Assembly: GCF_001194135.2 (NCBI RefSeq)
Contig: NC_068986.1
Location: forward strand, 60,613,489 to 60,677,488
Source of the DNA: Octopus bimaculoides
Lineage: Eukaryota
Reading direction: 5' to 3'
DNA: 64,000 nt
Shown here piece by piece: positions 25,601 to 37,681 of this stretch (positions are counted from its first letter, which is position 1; each line of letters opens with the position of its first letter). Under the pieces are notes generated by a model. It saw only the letters and a program-made list of their open reading frames with translations, did not search any database and had not been told where the DNA came from. A program made the position numbers and the translations under genes.

Positions 25601-26950
25601 GTTGAAAATTAAGTACCAGAAAAATACTCAGGTTTGGTAGGTGAGTTCAGTAAAAGATTTAGATTCAAAAATTGAATGTGGTACTTAAATTTAGGCACCA
25701 GAATATAGTATGGTATTACCCAAACAATTCCAAAAACAAGGTGATCAAAAATCAAAAAAGCAACACAGATTTTAAAGGTTATTGCAGTACGCACGTTTCA
25801 TGCTACTCCATTTATTTAAGTAATGCGAGCATTACATTAAATGCAAAATGCAGAGCAATCTTCAGCTGCACAAGAAAATAGAAAATTACAGCAGAATGAA
25901 CATATTACTATTGTGGCAACATTTAAAATCTAAATGGGCAGAAGAATACATAAAAAATCCATCTTGACATAGCCAAGGCTAGCAGGCTAGTAATTAATTT
26001 TAGGTAGAATTCTAACTGTCTCTGATTTTGTNNNNNNNNNNNNNNNNNNNNNNNNNNNNNNNNNNNNNNNNNNNNNNNNNNNNNNNNNNNNNNNNNNNNN
26101 NNNNNNNNNNNNNNNNNNNNNNNNNNNNNNNNNNNNNNNNNNNNNNNNNNNNNNNNNNNNNNNNNNNNNNNNNNNNNNNNNNNNNNNNNNNNNNNNNNNN
26201 NNNNNNNNNNNNNNNNNNNNNNNNNNNNNNNNNNNNNNNNNNNNNNNNNNNNNNNNNNNNNNNNNNNNNNNNNNNNNNNNNNNNNNNNNNNNNNNNNNNN
26301 NNNNNNNNNNNNNNNNNNNNNNNNNNNNNNNNNNNNNNNNNNNNNNNNNNNNNNNNNNNNNNNNNNNNNNNNNNNNNNNNNNNNNNNNNNNNNNNNNNNN
26401 NNNNNNNNNNNNNNNNNNNNNNNNNNNNNNNNNNNNNNNNNNNNNNNNNNNNNNNNNNNNNNNNNNNNNNNNNNNNNNNNNNNNNNNNNNNNNNNNNNNN
26501 NNNNNNNNNNNNNNNNNNNNNNNNNNNNNNNNNNNNNNNNNNNNNNNNNNNNNNNNNNNNNNNNNNNNNNNNNNNNNNNNNNNNNNNNNNNNNNNNNNNN
26601 NNNNNNNNNNNNNNNNNNNNNNNNNNNNNNNNNNNNNNNNNNNNNNNNNNNNNNNNNNNNNNNNNNNNNNNNNNNNNNNNNNNNNNNNNNNNNNNNNNNN
26701 NNNNNNNNNNNNNNNNNNNNNNNNNNNNNNNNNNNNNNNNNNNNNNNNNNNNNNNNNNNNNNNNNNNNNNNNNNNNNNNNNNNNNNNNNNNNNNNNNNNN
26801 NNNNNNNNNNNNNNNNNNNNNNNNNNNNNNNNNNNNNNNNNNNNNNNNNNNNNNNNNNNNNNNNNNNNNNNNNNNNNNNNNNNNNNNNNNNNNNNNNNNN
26901 NNNNNNNNNNNNNNNNNNNNNNNNNNNNNNNNNNNNNNNNNNNNNNNNNN

Positions 26951-27003
<53 letters not shown>

Positions 27004-27045
27004 ATGCGTGTGTGTCTGTGTGCATGCGTGTGTGTGTGTGTGTGC
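26951..27045 (+). repeat. (TG)n microsatellite at a gap edge
   Basis: Direct reading of the sequence. Confidence 0.95.
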
Positions 27046-27329
27046 CTGTGTATTTGAAAGGTGTGTCAGTGGTAAGAGGAGGGAAGAAGAAGATTCTGTT
27101 TACAGTTGGTCAGTTCCTGCAATGACAAGTTTATTCTTGGCCTTTTTAAAAAAGAAAAATGGCAAAACCAGATTGTATTCTTTGGTATCATTGTCCAGTG
27201 GTAGAGTATGTGTGTGTGTGTGCGTGTCTGAAAGGAGTGTAAATGGAAAGGAAGGAATTGTGTTTATATCTATACAGCTGGTTAGTTCAAAAAAAGTTAG
27301 GAGAGAAATATGAGAACCTAAATAACTGG

Positions 27330-29330
27330 GTTCAATTCTAGTTGGTACAAAAATGTCCCACTATCTGGGTTTCTTGCCGTTTTTTTAGGTTCTGTTGTTC
27401 CAAAGTTGAAGATCCTAGATGGGTTGTGATCTTCATGTTTCAGCCATTCAGTTTTGGTGAGAATTTTGCTATGAAGTATTTCTCCATATTTTTCCTGAAG
27501 GAGGTATCGTTTCTTGAGCATTTATAGAAGGGAAAGATCTTAAATTTTCCTTCCCCACGTTTCTAGGTGTTCACTCAGTGGAATTTTCCGTAGTTCCTCC
27601 TGTCGGACATATCGGTGAATTCTGGCTCGTTGATGATTGTAGGGTTGTGTGTGTTAATGAAAGGGATGATGTTTTCTTTGTTTTCTTTTTTGGTGTTCTG
27701 AGTTGTGTGAAGTCCAGTTTTATTGCTCTTTCGATTCCGTTTTCTATTAAGGTGAGTGGGTATTTTTGTTCTAGTAGGCAGTTTTTAAGTTCCTCTAGTC
27801 TTATATGGCGTGTCTGTGAGTCAGTCACTATGCTGCATATGCGTCTTGCCATACTAAATGGAATGTTTCTTTTTATGTGGGATGGGTGGCAGGAGTAGAA
27901 ATTTAAATATTGGTGTGTGTCGGTTTTTTTGTAGTGGATGCCTGTTGTAACGATGGAGTTGTGTATGTTGATGTCTAGGAAGGGAAGTTTGTCGTAATTG
28001 GTATCTATTGTGAAGTGGATAGATGGGTGCAGTGTGTTGAGGATGTTGTAGAATGTTCGTAGATCTTCTTCTGATCTGTTCCAAAAGATGAAACAGTCAT
28101 CGAGGTAGCGTTTCCACTTTTTCTTGACGTCTTCTCTGAAGTTGTGTTCGAAGGTGTTCCCTATTTCATCGTATAGCTTGTTCTCAAGGAAACCCATCAC
28201 TAGGTTGGCATATGAAGGTGCGAATTTCGTACCCATCGCCGTGCCCTTTATCTGTCTGTATGGTTTTTTTGTTAAATGAGAATGTGTTCTCTTCAAGTAT
28301 TAATTGGGTGGCTTTGGTGATAAAGTCTGTTTTGAAACGTTTATCTATGAGTTCCCTATATTTCTCTACCCAGTATTTTATCGCTTCCAGACCAAGGGTA
28401 TGTGGTATGTTTGTGTATAAGTTTGTGACATCGAAGCTTGCAAGTATGGTGTTTTCTGGAACCGTATTTGGAATGTGTGTGAGGAAGTCTATGTCATCCC
28501 TTACGTAGCTTGGTATCAGTGGGCATAAAGGTTTGAGGAGTATATNNNNNNNNNNNNNNNNNNNNNNNNNNNNNNNNNNNNNNNNNNNNNNNNNNNNNNN
28601 NNNNNNNNNNNNNNNNNNNNNNNNNNNNNNNNNNNNNNNNNNNNNNNNNNNNNNNNNNNNNNNNNNNNNNNNNNNNNNNNNNNNNNNNNNNNNNNNNNNN
28701 NNNNNNNNNNNNNNNNNNNNNNNNNNNNNNNNNNNNNNNNNNNNNNNNNNNNNNNNNNNNNNNNNNNNNNNNNNNNNNNNNNNNNNNNNNNNNNNNNNNN
28801 NNNNNNNNNNNNNNNNNNNNNNNNNNNNNNNNNNNNNNNNNNNNNNNNNNNNNNNNNNNNNNNNNNNNNNNNNNNNNNNNNNNNNNNNNNNNNNNNNNNN
28901 NNNNNNNNNNNNNNNNNNNNNNNNNNNNNNNNNNNNNATTGTCTCTATGTATGCGTCTAGGTGTTTGTCATCCCTTGTCAGGGGGTGAAATGGGATTTTT
29001 TTTTTATGATTGAGTTATCTTCTGTCTCCTTATTTTCAAAGAATTCCATAAGGCGGAGGCGGCGGCTAAAGTTGTCTATATCAGTTTTTAGTTCTGTGAG
29101 ATTTGTTGTGGGTGTGGGTGTAAATTTGAGGCCTTTTAATAGTAGGTTAATTTCATTTTTGCTAAGTTCTCTTTTAGATAGGTTTATTATTTTGGGGTCT
29201 ATGTGTTTCATGTGTACATTTGTAATCTTTGGTGTGTTGGGTCTGGAGTATTGTTGAAGTATCCTTTCTCTAAAAAAGGGGCTGTGTTATTGCATCTCCA
29301 AATTCCATTTTCAGGTTTTAGGTTTTCTTG
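27330..29330 (-). mobile_element. Penelope-like element (Neptune/Poseidon-type N-terminus), internally deleted
   Basis: IINLSKRELSKNEINLLLKGLKFTPTP; GTAMGTKFAPSYANL; RYLDDCF; LPFLDI; HPSHIKRNIP; C-terminus EKYFIAKFSPKLN. Confidence 0.92.
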
Positions 29331-29733
29331 TAGAGGCAGGGGTGGTCTATATGGTCCGTATGCGTTGTTTTGTCTGTGGTAGTTGTTGTCTTCCCATCTT
29401 CTGTGTTTGTTGGGCCTATTTCCATTCCTGGGGTTCAGGTTTCCTTGTGGGTAGTTGAATGGTTCATATTGTGTGTTTGTATTGTTTTGATGGTGGTGGT
29501 TGTTTTTTCCCCAACCCCTAACTCTCTCACGTTATATATATATATATATTTGGCAGGAATGGCAACAAAAGNNNNNNNNNNTTGATGGTGGTGGTTGTTT
29601 TTTCCCCAACCCCTAACTCTCTCACGTTATATATATATATATATTTGGCAGGAATGGCAACAAAAGAAAGAAAGAGACCTCGATATTATGCAAATAGAGG
29701 AATGTATCTGTAAAGATATGTGACACTTATTCA

Positions 29734-29810
29734 GTAGCCATGATAAAACTCCGAGTTTCTGATGCCAGGGCGGGGGTCCACTCCAAACATCTCTTCAGTT
29801 ATCCGGCTAC
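29734..29810 (-). ncRNA. Type I hammerhead ribozyme, intact core (sense to the IAH1 pre-mRNA)
   Basis: Minus strand reads GTAGCCG-GATAA CTGAAGA GATG...CATC A GAAA CTC GG AGT T^TTATC-AT-GGCTAC. Confidence 0.85.
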
Positions 29811-30209
29811 TGGAGATTCTTTTGAAAAATAACCGTTAGACCCAAAAGGGAAATAAAAACAAAGGGAAAATAAAACAAACATAAACAAAGGGAAAATATT
29901 GTGTGGTGTCAAAACCCGTCTAAATTTGCGTATATCATACATGCACGCACATATCTCAATAATTAAAAATATAATTAAAAATATATTATAATATCGAAAT
30001 ATAAAAATAAAAAAATAAAAATATAAGATTCAGGTAAAAAATGAAAAAAGTGAAAAAGGTGAAAAAACTTAATATGGAAGCCTATCAGTGACGCCCATCA
30101 GCACAAATATTAAAAAATATATGTATATAAAGTATAAGAAATAATTATAAGGACACAAAAAAAATATATATGTAATAGAAAGCAAGTCCAATCTGTAGCC
30201 TCAGAGTGA

Positions 30210-30539
30210 TCAAAAACGTAGCAAATATTCGGTCACATGTGGACATGATCCGAAAAGTTCAGTCTTTGAATTTAGACATGTGGTAGGGTCCAAGCTGCCT
30301 TTCCAGATAAGCCATCTTTCCATATCACACAGATCGCACCCTCCACTGCCACTGGTGTAGGGTTTACACTTGGCTAAGATCTTCCAATGGATGTTGTAAC
30401 CGGCACCTTTATCTCTTAAAGACCATATATGACTGGATAATTTTGTTGTTTTTCTTTTATCCCAGTGCCTAAAACTCAAAGTGTGATTATTGTATCTGTC
30501 CTTTAAATTACCCTCTGTGAGGCCCACGTATTTCTTCAT
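30210..30539 (-). pseudogene. PLE GIY-YIG endonuclease, C-terminal part
   Basis: YVGLTEG..RYNNH..SF..LSSHIWSL..WKIL..PY..CDLC..E..LNSK.E..CPH. Confidence 0.9.
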
Positions 30540-31030
30540 GGAAACTGCGTTCTTATATTTTTTTATATGTATTTTTTAATATTTGTGCTGATGGGCGGCA
30601 CTGATAGGCTTCCATATTAAGTTTTTTCACCTTTTACCTGAATCTTATATTTTTATTTTTTAATTTTATATTTCGATATTATAATATATTTTTAATTATT
30701 TTTAGGTTTTTACATAGGTATAGGATTAATGGTTTTTGTATTTTTCCACATATAGTTTTTCTGTTTTTCTCCCCTCCAAACTTTTTTCCGTGCGCTTATA
30801 GATACGTACAAGGAAGCTTATATGTGCGCTTGTGAGTGTGCGCATGTAGATATAAACGTACGCACATTGAGATATGTGCGTGCATGTATGATATACACAA
30901 ATTTAGACAGGTTTTGAGACCACACAGTAATTTCCCTTTGTTTATGTTTGTTCATTTTTTCCCCCTGCTTATTTCCTTTTGTTTTTATTTCCCTTTTGGG
31001 TCTAACGGTTATTTTTCAAAAGAATCTCTG

Positions 31031-31107
31031 GTAGCCGGATAACTGAAGAGATGTTTGGAGTGGACTCCCGCCCTGGCATCGGAAACTCAGAGTTTTATCA
31101 TGGCTAC
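31031..31107 (+). ncRNA. Type I hammerhead ribozyme, intact core (inverted partner of 29734-29810)
   Basis: Stem I GTAGCC.GATAA/TTATC..GGCTAC; CTGAAGA at 31043-49; stem II GATG/CATC; GAAA at 31082-85; stem III ACTC-A-GAGT; GTT triplet at 31092-94. Confidence 0.88.
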
Positions 31108-31133
31108 TGAATAAGTGTCACATATCTTTACAG

Positions 31134-31164
<31 letters not shown>

Positions 31165-31419
31165 ATGTATGTATTTGGGCTATCCTTTGAGTAAACAATG
31201 CACAGAGTACTCCGGATACGATATGATATATATCCACCTTTGCTCCTACAATTATCTCCGGAAAATACCCACAAGGATTCTTTACATGGAGGTTTACTGC
31301 TGGAATGAAGCTACACTCCAAGTACTGTTTCTTCTTTGTTCTTTTTTCTACGCATCACTCCCACTTCTTACTACAAATCTCCTCTTATAGATGTAATAAT
31401 CCACTCTTCTACTATTACC

Positions 31420-31468
31420 GTCTCCAATGAAGGGATACATTGGATTTTCCCTGAAACAGCTGTACGAC
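31420..31468 (+). ncRNA. Decayed hammerhead ribozyme motif
   Basis: CAATGA in place of CTGATGA; stem II AGGGA/TCCCT; GAAAC-AGCT-GTA with palindromic stem III ACAGCTGT; weak stem I. Confidence 0.5.
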
Positions 31469-32088
31469 TTTATCCATAAAAATATAATTCTAACTTTGCC
31501 ATTGGTCTCTTTATCCTTTTCTTTCTTTATACATACACACGCTAATACACGACCTATGTTATATTCCGCACTAATGTTGATATAACGACAGGGACAAAAC
31601 TAGTCGGTATACAGCACTTACTCGGTATTACCTGTATTTTTAGGGTTTTGGTGACTCCAATACCTTTCATAACCTTTATATATATACGTATATATATANN
31701 NNNNNNNNNNNNNNNNNNNNNNNNNNNNNNNNNNNNNNNNNNNNNNNNNNNNNNNNNNNNNNNNNNNNNNNNNNNNNNNNNNNNNNNNNNNNNNNNNNNN
31801 NNNNNNNNNNNNNNNNNNNNNNNNNNNNNNNNNNNNNNNNNNNNNNNNNNNNNNNNNNNNNNNNNNNNNNNNNNNNNNNNNNNNNNNNNNNNNNNNNNNN
31901 NNNNNNNNNNNNNNNNNNNNNNNNNNNNNNNNNNNNNNNNNNNNNNNNNNNNNNNNNNNNNNNNNNNNNNNNNNNNNNNNNNNNNNNNNNNNNNNNNNNN
32001 NNNNNNNNNNNNNNNNNNNNNNNNNNNNNNNNNNNNNNNNNNNNNNNNNNNNNNNNNNNNNNNNNNNNNNNNNNNNNNNNNNNNNNNN

Positions 32089-32211
32089 CTGCCAAATTAG
32101 ACTGGAGCCTGGTGTTGCCATCCGGTTTCACCAGTCCTCAGTCAAATCGTCCAACCCATGCTAGCATGGAAAGCAGACGTTAAACGATGATGATGATGAT
32201 GATGATGATGA
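32089..32211 (+). mobile_element. RTE 3'-end fragment, tail-to-tail with the next copy across (TA)n
   Basis: Shared RTE 3' end plus (GAT)n, followed by atatatatata. Confidence 0.92.
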
Positions 32212-32221
32212 TATATATATA

Positions 32222-32975
32222 TCATCATCATCATCGTTTAACGTCCACTTTCCATGCTAGCATGGGTTGGAAAATTTGACTGAGGACTGGCAAGCCAGAA
32301 GGCTGCACCAGGCTCCAATCTGATCTGGCAGAGTTTCTACAGCTGGATGGCCTTCCTAACGCCAACCACTCCGAGAGTGTAGTGGGTGCTTTTACATGCC
32401 AGTCACACGGTACTGGCAATGGCCACGCTTAAAATGGTGTTTTTTATGTGTCACCTGCATGAGAGCCAGTCCAGCAGCACTGGCAACGACCTCGTTCAAA
32501 TGATTTTCTAATGTGCCACCAGCACAAGTGCTAGAAGGCGACACTGGTAACGATTATGCTCAAATGCTGCTATTTACGGGCCACTAGCACAGAAGCCAGA
32601 CAGCTGGTCAGGCAATGAAGATGCTCGGACAGTGCTGTTAGTGCTCCACTGGTGCAGGTGCCAGTCCACGAGTATGGTTCAATTACGATTTCGATTTCAC
32701 TTGCCTCAACAGGTCTTCGCAAGCAGAGTTTTTAGTGTCCAATGAAGTAAAGATACGAATAAGTGAGCTGGCTACACTTCTGGCAGAGGTCACAGATTAT
32801 GCTCTCACTTGCCTTGCCAGGTCTTCTCACGTACTACATATTTCCAAAGGTCCCGGTCACTGGTCATTGCCTCGGTGAGGCCTAAAGTTCGAAGGTCGTG
32901 CTTCACCACCTCATCCCAGGTCTTCCTGGGTCTACCTCTCCCACAGGTTCCCTCAACTGCTAGGGTGGCACTTTT
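32222..32975 (-). mobile_element. RTE 3' fragment
   Basis: (ATC)n tail, 3' UTR and GRGRPRKTW coding tail on the minus strand. Confidence 0.92.
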
Positions 32976-33102
32976 TNNNNNNNNNNNNNNNNNNNNNNNN
33001 NNNNNNNNNNNNNNNNNNNNNNNNNNNNNNNNNNNNNNNNNNNNNNNNNNNNNNNNNNNNNNNNNNNNNNNNNNNNNNNNNNNNNNNNNNNNNNNNNNNN
33101 NN

Positions 33103-33140
<38 letters not shown>

Positions 33141-33319
33141 CACACACACACATATATATATATATATATGTATTTATAGATCTCTACCAAAAATTTGGTA
33201 AAAATATTGTACCTGTTATCAACATAGTAAAATTCTCATAGGTAGTTAATCATACAATTTTGTGTGTATATCAATTTAAATAAGAGCTATAATGCGATCC
33301 ATCGTAAAAACTTTTTTAA

Positions 33320-33401
33320 TGACCTATGTACATTTCGATGCAATATCCCAACTCACTCCTGTATGTTATAAAATAGGGAATATTGTATCTCTTCAGGGTC
33401 A
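33320..33401 (-). ncRNA. Type I hammerhead ribozyme, intact core (sense to the IAH1 pre-mRNA)
   Basis: Minus strand reads TGACC CTGAAGA GATACAATATTCC...GGGATATTGCATC GAA ATG-TA-CAT A^GGTCA; palindromic stem III ATGTACAT; AUA triplet. Confidence 0.82.
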
Positions 33402-34718
33402 GATTTGATTAATTCATAGCAGACAGTAAATAACAGACAGCATTAATAGTTGTCCTTAAATTACATGTGTATAAACAGGTTGAAATGACATGAAACATAT
33501 TGACACTGCATACAATATCGGTTAAGAAAACCATTACATAGTAAAGTAAGTAAGTAAGTAGTGTTGTTAAATTAGGATATTAACCTAGGATTTTAAGTAG
33601 CAAACGAGTAAGGGACACTGTAAATTTCAATAAAAACCGTTGGACTTTTGAAAGTAAATAAAACGAAGAAAGAAAATAAACTGCTATATTATAATTAAAA
33701 AATATTTATAAATTAATGGTCAAAGAGAGGTAAATCTAGTAAATAATATTTATGAAATATATAATCTACTCAATGTACATAATCATATCAAATAATTATA
33801 TTTCATTTTAAGTTTAGAACAGTAATGAGACTAATTTTAAGGTTATGTAAACAAGATAAATTAGAGAATATAAGTTATAAATAATAAGTAAAATAAATTA
33901 GGTTACATTCAGATTGCAGCTATCAAAGTTTAAGAAAAATTATAATAAATTAACTTAGTAATGGGGGTTCAAATACAATATTAAAAATAATATCAAAAGA
34001 AGGAATGGATTTAATCGATAAAGTAAACAAATATTACGATGTAATCGTTACTATCTCACATATAAATATAAATGAAAAATTAAGTAACTATTATGATGTA
34101 AAGTAGGTAGATGAATACAACACCATTATATCAAATAATTTATTAGATACTTGAGAAAAAAGCCAACTCACTTAAAAAATTTATCTGTAATAAACTATAA
34201 TAAAAATAAAGTTAACATAAAAAAATTTTTTTTTCCATGGTCAATGAGAGGTAAATCTAGCAAAATAATATATATTTTTAGAATCTAAATAAATCAGTCA
34301 TTGTTATTAATCTTATCAAATCGTAATATATTGACTTTTAAATTAAAATATTTTTGAGACAAATAAAGGATATGTAATCAAGATAAATAAGAAACTACAA
34401 ATTATAAATTACAAAGTAAAAATAAATTAGGTTACACTCAATTAGCAACCATTGAAACCTTAAATATACATTAACTTAGTAGTAAGATTAAATAGATGAA
34501 GGGATTAAAACGATAAAGCAAGCAGTCAACCATAATTTCGATGTCTTCTATACAAAAATTACATAGAATTATAAGAGAAACTTCAATAAAGTAGGAACCA
34601 AACTTACCATTGTACATATATGAAAAGGTTATATGAGATTAAAGCTAAACTAAGTTAATATAATATCCAGGTATGTAGTTAGAGCTAAACCAAGTTAAAA
34701 TAATATCCTAGTATGTAG

Positions 34719-35798
34719 TTAACTAACCTCTCCAAAGTAAATTTTTAAAAATAAAAACGTATGTTTATTCATATGTTGACATTTGAAAGCTCTATATGTG
34801 ATTTTGCTAACTAGGTCACCCTTAGAAAAAAGTATGAAATACAATTCTAAATTACAGAGGGAACAAAAATCTTTGCCCTTGTAAGGAAACAATTTCCCTA
34901 TAATTGACCATTCTAAAGAATACTCCTTGTTTTGGTCTTTAAGTTGCCAAATTAATCTACTAAGCTCCGTGCTATTTTGTTTCTTTCTATCTCTAAATGT
35001 TGAATAATGATTCGATATTCTTTTCGAAATTTCAAGTGAAGACAAACCAATATAAATCCTAATTCCATTTTTGGTTAAAATATTACACTTGTATACAGTA
35101 TTTTTAGTTTTAGCATTTCCACTTAGGAATTTAATTCTATTAGGATTTAGTTCAGATATTACTATTTTGTTGTTATTATTAATATTGGTATTATTATTTT
35201 TGTTGACTTTTAGATTATCTATAACTGTGTCACCTGGAGAATTACCTATATTTATATTACTAGACTCTTCAATAAAATTAGAGCTTAATAGTTTCAAGTT
35301 ATGAGCGGTGATAATTTGTGTTAAATTCTTGGTATTAGAAAAGCCAAATCTTACCTTATGTGCGTTTATGATTTTGTAATAATGCGAGATTTTGGGAAAA
35401 TTTCTACAAACTACATTCCTGAACAGGGTAACCAAGTTTGATTTAATTTGTTTACCAAATGGAATAACGAACCACAAATTATCCTCATTTTTGGTATTAT
35501 AATGAATACTACTATTTCTAAAGAATTTTACTCTACCTCTGTTAGGATTGGATTCATGTCTAGGGTATTGTGGTTTACCTTTATTTCTTACAATGTTAAT
35601 ATTATTATTATTACTGTTATTATTAATATTGCTACAATTTTCACCTGCCTTAGGGGAATCAGAATCTGGTTTAATATAGTATATCTTTTCTTTATAACCC
35701 ACTCTAGATAAGGCAGAGTTATAGAATTTTGCCTCATTTTCGAAAACATAGGCATTTGCCGATACGTTAGATAATCTTAGTGATATATGCTTAACCAA
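34719..35798 (-). pseudogene. PLE RT thumb - Asn-rich linker - GIY-YIG open frame (359 aa)
   Basis: Uninterrupted frame with PLE motifs; upstream RT (35871-36494) is separated by a disruption. Confidence 0.85.
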
Positions 35799-37393
35799 AT
35801 TATCGGTTATTGATTTGGAGTGATTACTAATTTTACTGATGTATTTCAGGTTAGTAGAAGGCTTATGGGATCATCTATATGTTTTATTATGCAGGTCTAA
35901 TGTTATGTCTAAAAAATTAGCTAAAGATGTATCAGCTTCAAAAATTATATGCATTCCCATTCGGCGAAAAAATCTGGCTAATCTATTCTTAACCCTTTGT
36001 ACTTGTTGATTAGAGCTATTCCTAAGATATAAGAGACAATCATCTCTATATAGACCCCCACCCCTAATGTTTGGGAATTGATCTACCATTTCATTAAGGA
36101 TGAAGGAACATACAATGTCAGCTATCTGTGCCGAATCAGAACTCCCCATAGGGACATCAAATGCATCCGGGGTATCTTTACGAATCCAAATTTTATTATT
36201 GAACCTAATAAATGATTTTCTAGCCGTTAATATCACATTGATCTCATCCCTTGTAAGTCCCGCCTTATTATGTGCAAACCACAATACTTTGTTAAGCATG
36301 ATAGGATTAATAGATGAGTAAAAATTTGCAATATCAAATTGAATAAATTTCACATTTTCCTTATCTTTAATCAATTTGAACCATTCTACAACTTGTGTAG
36401 AGTTAGACCATAAATAAAGTTTTAATTTCTTTACTATTGTAGTGTTCTGATGGTTCGATATATGGAATTCTATTATGCATGTATTTTTGCCCAATTTTAA
36501 CTTTTATGCACTCAGCAATTTCTTAAAAAGTTGTCTACATATATACGCTGAGACCTAAAAGACTTTTTTATGTGGATGTCTGTATTGTAACAATGCATAT
36601 GTATTCGTATGTGTGCGTCTATGCTTACGTATAGAGCCTAGGTTTACACTTGTGCACATACAGTAATGATTTTGTGTGTGTGCATGGGTAAGAGTGCGCG
36701 TTTATATTTATTTACACATACATACATCTATTCGCGTGTGTGCATCTATGTTATATATGAGAATGTGCGCTCGGGTATACGCTCACACATACTTGAATGT
36801 GTGCATACACACGTATAGTTATGTTTGTGAGTATTTGTGTACATATCCCTATATATCTGTATACGTGATGCTAATATACATTTTTATATTCACATATATA
36901 CGCAATCCAATTTTGTGTACGTTTGTTATATACGCTACACTTCCTTCTTTCTCTCCTTTCTTCCTTTCTGTCTTTCTTTCTTCCTTTCCTTCCTCACGAT
37001 AACCACACTTTCTCTCTTTCTACATCAGTAACGTCCTTATCGATAAGTTACTCTTCCTCCTCCACTCCATAAAGTTAAGATACAATTACTGTTACCAATG
37101 TGTAATAGTTTTCATGCACGAGCTTCATTGCGTGTATATGTGTATACGTGCGTATTCGTGCATGCATTTATGTCTTGCAAATATATACCTATATATGTAT
37201 ATTGTCTGTACGTATGCATCTGTGTATTTTGATGTNNNNNNNNNNNNNNNNNNNNNNNNNNNNNNNNNNNNNNNNNNNNNNNNNNNNNNNNNNNNNNNNN
37301 NNNNNNNNNNNNNNNNNNNNNNNNNNNNNNNNNNNTTGGCAAATCTTTTCTTATCTGCTTCCCCTCTGGCTAAATAAACCTTCTGATTAATGA

Positions 37394-37681
37394 AAACTAT
37401 GAATAACCAATTAAGAGTGTTTAGATAACATATATCAAGCGAGATAAGTCTCTTTTACATATAATACCATATCTTTTTACATAGGCAGCAACACGTGTTT
37501 TTTGCCTTCAGATAAAAAATACTTATTTATATAACGCTAACAACCCAACTTGTAACATATTAGTTCCTCAAATAATTCAAGAGACGCATGTTAATTATAC
37601 CTTTATATGTAAAAAGATATGGTAGACTTATCTCGCTTGATATATGTTATCTAAACACTCTTAATTGGTTATTCATAGTTT
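37394..37681. repeat. Fold-back inverted repeat (arms ~37394-37483 and ~37605-37681)
   Basis: aaactatgaataaccaattaagagtgtttagataacatatatcaagcgagataagtc has its exact reverse complement at ~37625-37681. Confidence 0.9.

Larger units (their letters stand above)
29640..31140 (-). mobile_element. 5'-truncated PLE with an inverted pseudo-LTR (fold-back arms ~29700-30170 and ~30550-31135)
   Basis: The arms are reverse complements and each carries an HHR; the centre encodes the GIY-YIG C-terminal part. Confidence 0.9.
33300..36500 (-). mobile_element. 5'-truncated PLE (RT, Asn-rich linker, GIY-YIG, ~1.3 kb AT-rich 3' UTR, terminal HHR)
   Basis: QFDIANFYSSI, PMGSSDSAQ, LYRDDCL, NFLDITL; VYKCNI...IYIGLS; EWSII..PYKG..CSLCNLE...CQH. 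Confidence 0.93.

Noticed and set aside
29490-29666. ~80-bp direct repeat on both sides of a 10-N gap
   Set aside because: Typical unmerged contig overlap, i.e. an assembly artefact.
18690-36500. Possibility of Naiad-type (N-terminal EN) or selenocysteine-encoding PLEs
   Set aside because: Where both domains are present the order is RT then GIY-YIG, and the stops and frameshifts look like random decay.
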